64,000 nucleotides of DNA. It comes from a bacterium (GTDB taxonomy: Bacteria; Patescibacteriota; Patescibacteriia; SG8-24). The notes under the pieces are model-generated. The model saw nothing but the letters and a program-made list of their open reading frames with translations. It was not told the origin of the DNA and did not search any database. Each line of letters opens with the position of its first letter. Position 1 is the stretch's first letter. The stretch is taken from positions 4,096 through 68,095 of the forward strand of contig JAKAKZ010000001.1 in assembly GCA_021824285.1 (NCBI GenBank). The letters run 5' to 3'. The position numbers and the translations under genes are program-made. Shown piece by piece: positions 18,468 to 26,803 of the stretch.

Positions 18468-19280
18468 TCATCGGACCAATTCGATCAATCGCTCAAACGG
18501 CAGCTGCGATGGTTTGGCGTCCGGCGCCAGTTCGCCGCCGCAGATGAGCAACTTCTTGGTGTGATGGAAATACCAGGTCGCCGTCGGATCCTCCTTCGCC
18601 AAGGCCTCATGGACGGCCGTGAGATCGATATCGGTGCCGGCCCGGCCGCGGATATTGCGGTATGAGCCGTCAGGATTCATGTACAGCACCAGATCGAAGC
18701 CGTGCGCGTAGCCGTATGAATCGATCTCGCGGGCGGTCGAGACCAGCGCCACGGCACGTCCGTAGCGCGACTGGAACTCCTGCCGTTTAGCCCAAGCGGT
18801 CTCGAGGCGGACCATATTGCGTTCGGAGACCAGCAAGGCATCAAGCAGGCGATACCCCAGTTCGGCAACCGCGGAGGAATCGCGGCCGGTCCGTTCGTAC
18901 TCTCCCTGAAAGACCATCGGAACGGTGAACTCGCGGTAAGCTACCGCATTCAGTTTGCCCGTGTCCTCCTCAAGCACCCAGGCGACGATTTTGGCGATGG
19001 CCGCGGCTTCCTCCGGGTCAGCGATACGGCCTTTTATGGCCTTGTGCACCAGCGTCGTGGCGCAATCCCCCACATCACCCTTGTGCTCATCGAAGCGCCC
19101 GCGGGCCATGCCGACGTAAATGATGCCCAAATCCGCATCCGGCTCGCTTACCCGCCTGTCCGCCGGCAGAAACTCCAGGGCCGCATTCTCGGCTCCCGGC
19201 TGATAGCGCTTCAGCAGCCAGGCGGCACAGATGTCGTCCAAGTGCGGCCGAATATGGGTGATGATGCGTTTAACGGTCAT
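18468..19280 (-). CDS. MYG1/UPF0160-family metal-dependent hydrolase (putative)
   Basis: 270 aa; N-terminal ITHIRPHLDDICAAWLL resembles MYG1 signature GTHxGxFHCDEALAxxLL. Confidence 0.4.
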   Translation of the reverse strand: MTVKRIITHIRPHLDDICAAWLLKRYQPGAENAALEFLPADRRVSEPDADLGIIYVGMARGRFDEHKGDVGDCATTLVHKAIKGRIADPEEAAAIAKIVAWVLEEDTGKLNAVAYREFTVPMVFQGEYERTGRDSSAVAELGYRLLDALLVSERNMVRLETAWAKRQEFQSRYGRAVALVSTAREIDSYGYAHGFDLVLYMNPDGSYRNIRGRAGTDIDLTAVHEALAKEDPTATWYFHHTKKLLICGGELAPDAKPSQLPFERLIELVR

Positions 19281-19349
19281 AAATGCGCATTAGCATAGCC
19301 ATACTTTACCCGATGCCATGGTAACGTAAAAGGGAGGCCGCTCACCAAC

Positions 19350-19385
19350 AAAAAAGGCCCCGCGCATGATGCGACGGGGGCCTTT
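19350..19385 (-). terminator. rho-independent terminator after surface-protein gene
   Basis: minus strand GGCCCCCGTCGC-atcat-GCGCGGGGCC followed by TTTTTTG. Confidence 0.55.
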
Positions 19386-19411
19386 GGCGCCTCAGAGGCG
19401 GCGGGTCCGGA

Positions 19412-21166
19412 TTAGAGCGGGTTGCCGAAGGCGTACATGAACAGGAATGCGGGATTCATGTCCACGACTTTGGTTTTCCAGTCAGACCCGTACAGATCAG
19501 CCGCCATGGCCTCGTCCCTGACGGCGCGCAGGATGCCGCCGTTAGAAACGACGTAGACGGTAGGATCGCTTTGGAACTTGACCATATGGGTCCCGGGATG
19601 GAAGCGGACATTCTGCCCGATCGGGAGAGAGGCCATGAGATCGGCGGAAACGACCTGCACGTCGCTAGAGTCCTTAAACCATGAGGCGAACACCTGATCG
19701 TTGACGAACACGTGGCGGCGACCGTCCGCTCCGCAGTAATAGACAGCGGCGTCGGTCGACGTCTTGATCAGGGTGCCGACGGTGCAGACCGGCGAGGAGA
19801 TCAGGTGACTGGCGCCGAGATCATCGTCGATCGTCTTGACAGATGCCGACTCGTCTTCGGGGAAGAAACCCGAAACGGCATGCCGAGCAGCTTCGACGAC
19901 GGTGTCGGTGGTGGCGTTGGCGACGGTGTCGATGGTTGCGTCGGCGGAAACGCCGCCGGCGGTCGTGAAGCCGGTATCGCTGGAGTCAGAAGTGAGGACT
20001 TTCGAATCAGCATCCAGGCCTTCGACCACCAGTTTGGCCGACTTCGTGCTCACGGCCGGAACCAGCCAGTCGAAATAACCCTTGTTCACGGGAAGGTTAT
20101 CCGCGATGACCGTCGGGTAGCTGTTGCCGTCGTCAGCTGAAAGCTTGAGACGAGCGCTAACGACCTCGCCACCTCCGAAGCCGAACAGGACAAGCTTATG
20201 CTCACCGGCCTTCATGATTTCGCCGCCGTTGGGATAGGAAAGTACCGCAGTCGGCGCCCGGCGGGTCCTGGCGTAGAGAGAAACCGTCAGATCCTTCGTA
20301 TCCGGATCGCCGTTATAGAAGGACGTGTCGGACTGGATCCAGTCGGTCGAAATCGGATAGACGCCGACGGGGTTCGTGGTCGTGATCGAAACGGAGAATA
20401 CACAGGAGGCCCCTGGCGCCAGGTCCAGACCGCTCATGCTGATATCCGAGGTCGCATCGGAGGCGACGATGGTGCCGCACGAACCTTGGACGGCGCTCGG
20501 CGTGGAGGTCAGGAATCCGGACGGAAGGACGTTCGTGAACCGGATATTGGTCTGCGTCACCACGGTGCTCGGGTTGGTGACCGTGTAGGTAACGCGCGTG
20601 GTGCCGCCCAGGCTGATGGTGCTCGGATTGAAGGATTCGACGAGCCGTGGCGTCGGCAGGACCTCGATGGTGAACTGGTCCGACGTGACCGGGCTGGCAA
20701 GCTCGGCCGCGGACAGCTGGACGGTGAATTCCTTCACGCCGGACGTCGTGCCCTTAACATCAAGCCAGAACTGGCAGTAGGAGCCGTTCGTCGCCGGCAG
20801 CGAGCCGCCGCTGAAGGCAATCGTGCTGGAGCCGGCAATCGCAGTGACGGTGCCGCCGCAAGTGGTGCCTCCGAGACCGTTCGGCGTCTTGACGATAAGG
20901 CCGGACGGAAGATTCAGGGTGAACGCCAGTGAGCTAAGGGCGGTATAACCGGTATTAATGACGGAAAACCTAATATAATCCGACCCATTGATCTGGATAT
21001 AGGAAGTGCCGTGACCGACGGACAGGACCGCCGCCGACGTCAGGGCGGCCGCGGAATACGGGCGGGCGCCGGGAAACGCGCCGATGACTCCCAGAACCGC
21101 AATTCCGACGGACGTGACGGAAACGGCCAGACGGCTAAATAACCCACTACCTGAATGAGGACGCAT
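19412..21166 (-). CDS. secreted repeat-domain surface protein (signal peptide, DUF11-like repeats)
   Basis: about 585 aa from MRPHSGS; N-terminal hydrophobic signal-like segment; repeated Thr/Ser-rich beta modules with conserved Cys (ASCVFSVSITT, GSYCQFWLDV). Confidence 0.55.
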   Translation of the reverse strand: MRPHSGSGLFSRLAVSVTSVGIAVLGVIGAFPGARPYSAAALTSAAVLSVGHGTSYIQINGSDYIRFSVINTGYTALSSLAFTLNLPSGLIVKTPNGLGGTTCGGTVTAIAGSSTIAFSGGSLPATNGSYCQFWLDVKGTTSGVKEFTVQLSAAELASPVTSDQFTIEVLPTPRLVESFNPSTISLGGTTRVTYTVTNPSTVVTQTNIRFTNVLPSGFLTSTPSAVQGSCGTIVASDATSDISMSGLDLAPGASCVFSVSITTTNPVGVYPISTDWIQSDTSFYNGDPDTKDLTVSLYARTRRAPTAVLSYPNGGEIMKAGEHKLVLFGFGGGEVVSARLKLSADDGNSYPTVIADNLPVNKGYFDWLVPAVSTKSAKLVVEGLDADSKVLTSDSSDTGFTTAGGVSADATIDTVANATTDTVVEAARHAVSGFFPEDESASVKTIDDDLGASHLISSPVCTVGTLIKTSTDAAVYYCGADGRRHVFVNDQVFASWFKDSSDVQVVSADLMASLPIGQNVRFHPGTHMVKFQSDPTVYVVSNGGILRAVRDEAMAADLYGSDWKTKVVDMNPAFLFMYAFGNPL

Positions 21167-21367
21167 AGTGCTCTCGAGTAAGAATTTATGGAATTGAAAA
21201 GTAGCACAGATTCCGATTAACGTCAATCTGGCCAGACCGGGAAAATACCGGAGCAGATCGGCTCATCTTAGAGGACAACAAAAGGCGCGCCGGCGGTCCC
21301 GCGCATGTCAGAATCAGAAGCCCCGGAAGATAAGGAACTGCCGCAGCAGACACGCCGGCATGCGGCG

Positions 21368-22030
21368 TCAAAGGCCGAAACGTCCGATCAGCTCGGCATA
21401 TGAATCGAAAGTGGATTTCGCGCCGAATTTCAATAACTGCCCATTCGAGAACGAGGTCGTTATCCCGAGCACGCCGCATCCGGCGGCGACGGCCGACCGG
21501 ATGCCGTTATCCGAGTCTTCGATGACCAAACAGCTACCGGCCGGAAGCTCGAGCTTGGCCACGGCCTTGCGGTATGGCTCCGGGTCGGGCTTGCCGTGCG
21601 TCAGTTCGTCGCCGGTCGTGACCGCATCAAAATACTGTCCGATGCCCAGCCGCCGAAACGTATCCTGCTGGATGGCGGCGTTACTGGAAGTACAGAAGCC
21701 GATTCGCCGTACACGCGGCCGCAGCCGCCGGATGAATTCCACGGCGCCGGGCACGGCCGGCACGCCGTCGGAGAGCAACTGCGCGTACAAGACGGTCTTC
21801 CGCCGCAGCAGATCGCGTATGTCCGGAAGTTCCCGATGGCCGTAACGGCGGAAGAGGTCCTCAAAAATCTCATCCGTACGCATTCCCTGAAAATTGGCCC
21901 AGTCGGTTAGGGGCACGTCAAAACCGTATTCACGGCACAAGGCCTGCTCCGACACCGCATGCAAATGTTCCGAATCCGTGATGACGCCGTCCATGTCGAA
22001 GATGACGGCAGAATAATCTGTCAGCTGCAT
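21368..22030 (-). CDS. HAD-superfamily hydrolase, subfamily IA (beta-phosphoglucomutase-like)
   Basis: 220 aa; motif I VIFDMDGVITDSE, later HAD motifs. Confidence 0.8.
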   Translation of the reverse strand: MQLTDYSAVIFDMDGVITDSEHLHAVSEQALCREYGFDVPLTDWANFQGMRTDEIFEDLFRRYGHRELPDIRDLLRRKTVLYAQLLSDGVPAVPGAVEFIRRLRPRVRRIGFCTSSNAAIQQDTFRRLGIGQYFDAVTTGDELTHGKPDPEPYRKAVAKLELPAGSCLVIEDSDNGIRSAVAAGCGVLGITTSFSNGQLLKFGAKSTFDSYAELIGRFGL

Positions 22031-22229
22031 GACGCCATGTTAGCCTAAATAAGCCAAATTTCAAATGATTAGATTCTTTGGCGATCGGTCGGCGGCTGAC
22101 GGTTGCCAGAATCCGGCCGCTGATATAATATGCCTCCACGTATTGAGAGCGTTAAGTTTGAAGTGTGAAGAGTGTAGGGCGCGGCCCTTGTAACTTCGGA
22201 CTTCCAGCTCCACACTCCATCCTACCCAC

Positions 22230-22298
22230 GGAGAGGTCGCATAGAGGTCTAGTGCACTCGCTTGGAAAGCGAGCAGACCGCAAGGTCTCGAGGGTTCG
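22230..22298 (+). pseudogene. truncated 5' copy (nt 1-69) of tRNA-Ser(GGA)
   Basis: 69/69 identical to the first 69 nt of the intact tRNA-Ser at 22605; diverges inside T-loop into two GC hairpins then the GIY-YIG ORF; no matching 3' acceptor strand. Confidence 0.7.
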
Positions 22299-22349
22299 CC
22301 CGGTCATCCGACCGGGCGCCCAGTCGAATGACTGGGCGAATCCACTTAC

Positions 22350-22619
22350 ATGAAATACGTCTATCTGCTTAAATTGCGGAACGGCGACATCTATAAAGGA
22401 TCAACCGGTGATTTGCGCCGCCGGATGGAAGAGCACCGACTTGGTAAGGTCGAATCGACGAAACACTTCCGGCCGCTATCGCTAATAGGCTACGAGGCAT
22501 ATCAGAATCACGAAGACGCTGAACGCCGCGAGCGATTCCTGAAGACAACCGGGGGGGAAAGGCTGCTGAAACAGCAATACAAAAACGCCATAACCCAACC
22601 ATACGGAGAGGTCGCATAG
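22350..22619 (+). CDS. GIY-YIG family endonuclease (homing-endonuclease-like)
   Basis: 89 aa; YVYLLKLRNGDIYKGSTGDLRRRMEEH matches GIY-x10-YIG...R...E core; 3' end overlaps first 15 nt of intact tRNA-Ser. Confidence 0.75.
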   Translation: MKYVYLLKLRNGDIYKGSTGDLRRRMEEHRLGKVESTKHFRPLSLIGYEAYQNHEDAERRERFLKTTGGERLLKQQYKNAITQPYGEVA

Positions 22620-22692
22620 AGGTCTAGTGCACTCGCTTGGAAAGCGAGCAGACCGCAAGGTCTCGAGGGTTCGAATCCCTCCCTCTCCGCCA
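22605..22692 (+). tRNA. tRNA-Ser (anticodon GGA), long variable arm, encoded CCA
   Basis: 88 nt: acceptor GGAGAGG/CCUCUCC, D-arm, anticodon stem CUCGC/GCGAG with loop UUGGAAA, variable arm CAGACCGCAAGGUCUC, T-arm GAGGG-UUCGAAU-CCCUC, GCCA. Confidence 0.85.
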
Positions 22693-22850
22693 TCAAATAC
22701 GGCACCGCTTAATGCGGGGCCGTATTTGATTGATGGGCTGAGGGGGATTCGAAGCCGACGGCGAGGACTGCCTAGTATGGCAGTCCGAGACGCGGCGGGC
22801 TCCGGATGAGGCCGCGCAAATGTCTTTTTCTAGCGCGGCCGAGGGAGGAG

Positions 22851-22870
22851 GAATCCCTCCCTCTCCGCCA
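22851..22870 (+). repeat. direct repeat of 3'-terminal 20 nt of tRNA-Ser (att-like remnant)
   Basis: GAATCCCTCCCTCTCCGCCA identical to tRNA-Ser positions 69-88, about 160 bp downstream of the intact gene; followed by bidirectional terminator hairpins. Confidence 0.6.
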
Positions 22871-22940
22871 CGAACCCGTCAGCCCAGGCTGGCGGGTTTT
22901 TGAGATAATGAAAAACCCGTCCGAGCGGACGGGTTAATGA

Positions 22941-23558
22941 TTATTCGGGAGACTTCATCGGCGGAACCGCCGGCGGCAGCTCGTAGAACTGGACGTCCTC
23001 GCGGCCGGGCTCGATGCCGTAGCCGCCACGGCCGTTGCCTTGGCCGTCGCCGCCCTGGCCGTCACCGTCGCCGTCCCCGTCGCCGCCCTCACCGTCGCCG
23101 CCTCCGCCCTTGCGGCCGAATTCGACGACGACCGGACGGCCGTTCTTGAGCATCAGTCGGGCGCGGTCCGCGCCCTTGTGCATGTTCCGGGAGTACGGCA
23201 GGACGTAGGCCCGCGGCTCGCCGTCACGCGACGTGTAGCCCAGAGGATTCGCGCGGGGATCGCCGCCGGAATCCAGAGAGCGTAGCCACAGGTAGATGGC
23301 GCCGGGATCGCTGCCGTCGGGCCGCGGTTCACGGACCATCACCCAGAAGACCATGGCCTTCCGGGGCGGTGACGAGTCCGTCGGCCAGCCCTTGTAGCTG
23401 CCGAGGGAGGACCAGATGACGATGCAGAAGGCCGGCACCACGACGATCACCAGAAGCTTCTGCCACCAGTTCCACTTGGTGCCGATGAGAATCAGGCACA
23501 GCACCACGGCGAGCAGGAAGAAGGCCAGCGGAATGGCCAAAGTGCGCGGATCCATCAC
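22941..23558 (-). CDS. membrane protein with Gly/Asp-rich low-complexity tail (hypothetical), third gene of MotA/ExbB-like operon
   Basis: 205 aa; two N-terminal TM helices; GGGGDGEGGDGDGDGDGQGG tail; 4-nt overlap with upstream gene. Confidence 0.5.
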   Translation of the reverse strand: MMDPRTLAIPLAFFLLAVVLCLILIGTKWNWWQKLLVIVVVPAFCIVIWSSLGSYKGWPTDSSPPRKAMVFWVMVREPRPDGSDPGAIYLWLRSLDSGGDPRANPLGYTSRDGEPRAYVLPYSRNMHKGADRARLMLKNGRPVVVEFGRKGGGGDGEGGDGDGDGDGQGGDGQGNGRGGYGIEPGREDVQFYELPPAVPPMKSPE

Positions 23559-24184
23559 TGACCTCCTTGGGGTCGGCCATGTGCCCCGCCAACGATCGGC
23601 CGTTCCAGCTCGTTGATCTCGCTGATGGTCCCGTCCGGGCGGACGGTAAACCGGAAGGCGGTCCCCTCTTCGCCGTTGGTCTTGAGGACCAGATCGCGAC
23701 GCTTGATCTCCTGGTCCTCGCCCTTCAGGCTGAAGAGCCGGACCGTGACCGGCGTCGGATCGGTCTCCCGCTTGTGGTACATGTGGATCGCCACGATGTA
23801 CTCGCCGGGAATCGTCCCGCGCAGGATGGTGCGCTCCTCGTTACGCGCGACGTTCACCTGACCGCTCTGCGTGTCGACCCGGTCGCTCGTCGCGCCCTGG
23901 TCATCGTGCTCAAGATGCATGAGACCGATGTCGCGGGCCGAGAAGAAAGCGATCCGGCCGGTCGGGTCCTCGACGTAGAGGTCCACGTCGTCGCCCGACG
24001 CGTCCGGCCACTCCATGACCACGGCGTAGACGCCGTCGGTCTTGAGCGCGGCCTGCTGCGCCCGCTGGCGCTCGGCACGATGGCTGACGTCGGAGAGCAT
24101 CATGAGACCCAGCAGCATGGCCAGGTTGCTCATGAGGAAATCGACGAACAGCGTCTTGCCGAAGAGCTGCGGCCGGCGCTTCAC
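23555..24184 (-). CDS. ExbD/TolR-like single-pass membrane protein (putative)
   Basis: 209 aa; N-terminal KTLFVDFLMSNLAMLLGLMMLS resembles ExbD/TolR TM signature (TPLIDVMLVLLIIFMV); overlaps MotA/ExbB-like gene by 4 nt. Confidence 0.35.
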   Translation of the reverse strand: MKRRPQLFGKTLFVDFLMSNLAMLLGLMMLSDVSHRAERQRAQQAALKTDGVYAVVMEWPDASGDDVDLYVEDPTGRIAFFSARDIGLMHLEHDDQGATSDRVDTQSGQVNVARNEERTILRGTIPGEYIVAIHMYHKRETDPTPVTVRLFSLKGEDQEIKRRDLVLKTNGEEGTAFRFTVRPDGTISEINELERPIVGGAHGRPQGGQ

Positions 24185-24693
24185 GGCTTCCTCGCCGCGT
24201 TGCGCACATCGGAAGCCGGCTTCGCCGGCTGCGGCCTCAAGGCCTGGCCGAGGAAGTGACTCTGCAGCTCGATGAGCAGGCCGCAGGCGCCTCCGACGAT
24301 GGTGTTGATGAGCACGGTGCCCATGCCGGTGCGGATCTGCCGCACCAGCTGTTCGGCGGCATCAGCGCCGCCGTTCGAGACGTCCTGCATCATCAGGAAG
24401 TAGCCCACGACCGTGCCGAGCAGGCCCAGGGTCACGCAGACGCTCGAGGCGAACCAGCCGCTTTCGAGCTCATGACGGAGCGTTTCCTGGTCCCGGCCGT
24501 TCGAAGCGCGCCAGGCGAGCCGACCGCACCAGAGCGTGGTCAGCAGAAAGACACCGAAGGTCACGAGCGTGATGTGCGTCGGGTCGCCCCGCAGCACATA
24601 GTGCGACCAGCCGAGCCGCGACAGGATGACGAAGCCCACGGCCACGGCGCAGGCAAACAACGACCACTGCAGGAACAGGCGCTTGCCTTGCAT
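24181..24693 (-). CDS. MotA/TolQ/ExbB-family proton channel protein (short form)
   Basis: 170 aa, 3 TM; C-terminal LGLLGTVVGY...GMGTVLINTIVGGACGLL matches the conserved TolQ/ExbB helix (IGLLGTVVGL ... ALITTAIGLVAAIP). Confidence 0.55.
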   Translation of the reverse strand: MQGKRLFLQWSLFACAVAVGFVILSRLGWSHYVLRGDPTHITLVTFGVFLLTTLWCGRLAWRASNGRDQETLRHELESGWFASSVCVTLGLLGTVVGYFLMMQDVSNGGADAAEQLVRQIRTGMGTVLINTIVGGACGLLIELQSHFLGQALRPQPAKPASDVRNAARKP

Positions 24694-24842
24694 GTTTTTC
24701 TCCTAATAAAAAGAACCCTATGGCTCAGCATACTGGACAGCGAAGAAAGCGCAAGGCCGGGAATCTTGCCGTCGAAAGGGACCGCCCAGATGGACGTTTA
24801 TCCACAACAGCCGTTTATGCCAAAGCAGACGGAAAGCGTGCT

Positions 24843-25169
24843 ATGATTTCCCTGACTGATACCATAATTATGAACGAAAACGTTTGGTACATACTCTTTT
24901 CCGCCATCACGGCGTTGATGTCCATACTCGGGGTTTGGGCGGCGAAACGCGCGATGCAGCGTGGTCTGACCTATAGCGCGATGGCGGCTACGCTGTGGGC
25001 GCTGGTCTTCTTCGCCGTCGGCCGCGTCTGGCACACTTACCGCGAAATCGAAAGCCTGGAAGGCGAATGGGCCGAGATGCTGGAATACTCGATTTACCTG
25101 TGCGGCTATCTGCTGTTCATCTGGCTGACCGCCCTCTCGGGAAAGGTCAAGACAGTGGTCCGTCAGTGA
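24843..25169 (+). CDS. small integral membrane protein (paralog A)
   Basis: about 108 aa from MISLTDT; shares AM(Q/R)(R/T)GLTYSAM(A/R)ATL core with downstream paralog; followed by a hairpin and T-run (AAAACGCG...CGCGTTTTCGTTTTG). Confidence 0.5.
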   Translation: MISLTDTIIMNENVWYILFSAITALMSILGVWAAKRAMQRGLTYSAMAATLWALVFFAVGRVWHTYREIESLEGEWAEMLEYSIYLCGYLLFIWLTALSGKVKTVVRQ

Positions 25170-25364
25170 TGAGCCGGCCGGGGGGTCAAAACGCGGCGAA
25201 AGCGCGTTTTCGTTTTGAGGTGCAATCGCCGCCGGCACAAAGCGCAAAAAGGGCGCGGATGCGGATTTTTTACGTTCGGTAGCGGTATTCTGCAATTTGC
25301 CCGGCACTAGGCCGCGTGATATATTTGCCTAATCAATGAGGCAAAATCATCAACTTAAATCGCT

Positions 25365-25703
25365 ATGGGTCAAATCATCACTATCAACATGATTCTGGCC
25401 GTCGTCACGGCGCTTTTGGCCGGTGCCGCGGTCGTTTCTGCGGAGCACGCGATGCGTACGGGACTGACTTATAGCGCCATGCGGGCCACGCTGATCGTGC
25501 TGGTGTTCGTGGCCCTCGCGCATCTGGTGCACGCCTTCGCGGAGATGCTCGGATTCGAGTTCGATAAGAAAATAGCCTTTGCCCAATACGGCCTGTACAT
25601 CATCGGCTACTCGGCATTCGTGCTGTTGAGCATCAACGCACTCAAACTGCGCCGGCCAGCGCCACCGAGCCAAGGAGCCGGGCAGAACCAGAAGCGCCAA
25701 TAA
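25365..25703 (+). CDS. small integral membrane protein (paralog B)
   Basis: 112 aa; paralogous to 24843..25169; AT-rich promoter-like region upstream. Confidence 0.5.
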   Translation: MGQIITINMILAVVTALLAGAAVVSAEHAMRTGLTYSAMRATLIVLVFVALAHLVHAFAEMLGFEFDKKIAFAQYGLYIIGYSAFVLLSINALKLRRPAPPSQGAGQNQKRQ

Positions 25704-25737
25704 AATAGTCCGCCGCGGAAAGCGGCGGATTTCAGTC

Positions 25738-26793
25738 TCAGCGGCGAATCAGCATGCCATCGCCGAAAGAGAAGAGCCGGAAGCCGCGACGGACGGCGTA
25801 ACGGTACGCCCGAAGCAGGCGCTCGCGGCCGACCAGAGCAGCGACCAGCATCAGCAGCGAGGAGCGCGGCACATGAAAATTGGTGATCAAGCCGTCGACG
25901 ACGCGAAACCGGTATCCCGGACGGATAAAGAGTCGAGTGGCGCCGTCGCGGCGCAATCCCCTGCCAGTCGCGGCCGACTCCAGGGCGCGCACGACTGTAG
26001 TGCCCACGGCAACCACCGGGCGTCCAGCGGCTTTAGCCCGCCGAATGGCCGCCGCCGTCTTCACTGGAATTTCATAATGTTCCTCGTGCAAACGGCCCTG
26101 CGCGACCTGCTCCGGTTTGAGCGGCAGGAACGTGCCGAGATTCACATGCAAAGTCACGAAGGCAATCTCGTGCCCGGCCGCGCGCAGCGCACGGAGAAGA
26201 CGGGGCGTGATGTGCAGGGAGGCCGTCGGGGCCGCCACGGAACCCGTACGGCGGGCAAAAACGGTCTGGTATTTCGCGCGGATCGCTGCTTCGCGCAGCG
26301 GCGTTTTTTTGAGGTACGGCGGCAACGGCATCGCACCATGACGGCGGCAGAGGTCCAGAACCGTGCCGCGGGCGGACAGCCGCATCGTATAGCGCCCCTG
26401 TTCCACGGACTCGATATGAATCCAGGTCGACCCGACCCGCACACGGCTACCAGGCGTGAGCGGCCGGTCACAGAGCGCCTCGAAGCGCCCGCGGCCCGGC
26501 AGGTCACGGACATAGAGCAGGCGGGCCTGACCGCCCGTTTCCTTAGTCACCGTGAGCCGCGCCGGAATGACCTTGGTCTCGTTGAGGACGACCAGTGATC
26601 GTGGCGGAAGGTACCTGGGCAAATTACGGAACGTATCCTCCCCGACCACGCCGCGGCGCGGTTCGAGCACCAAAAGCCGCGCCGCATCGCGCGGCACTGC
26701 CGGCTCGAGCGCGACCGCCGAGTCAGGATACGAATAATCGTAGGATTTCAGCAGGCGTTCAAAGGAGTCCATCGGGGTCATCGACACATGCAT
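25738..26793 (-). CDS. queA: S-adenosylmethionine:tRNA ribosyltransferase-isomerase QueA
   Basis: 351 aa; QueA family conservation throughout (YDYSYP...RDAARLLVL, VAVGTTVVRALES). Confidence 0.85.
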   Translation of the reverse strand: MHVSMTPMDSFERLLKSYDYSYPDSAVALEPAVPRDAARLLVLEPRRGVVGEDTFRNLPRYLPPRSLVVLNETKVIPARLTVTKETGGQARLLYVRDLPGRGRFEALCDRPLTPGSRVRVGSTWIHIESVEQGRYTMRLSARGTVLDLCRRHGAMPLPPYLKKTPLREAAIRAKYQTVFARRTGSVAAPTASLHITPRLLRALRAAGHEIAFVTLHVNLGTFLPLKPEQVAQGRLHEEHYEIPVKTAAAIRRAKAAGRPVVAVGTTVVRALESAATGRGLRRDGATRLFIRPGYRFRVVDGLITNFHVPRSSLLMLVAALVGRERLLRAYRYAVRRGFRLFSFGDGMLIRR

Positions 26794-26803
26794 GGTTGCC
26801 TGT

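Noticed and set aside
22693-22850. Possible additional tRNA or tmRNA between tRNA-Ser and its 3' repeat (GGGGGATTCGAAGCC, GACTGCC-ATACTA-GGCAGTC)
   Set aside because: No consistent acceptor/T-arm pairing, no CCA; interpreted as decayed tRNA-derived scraps and terminator hairpins.
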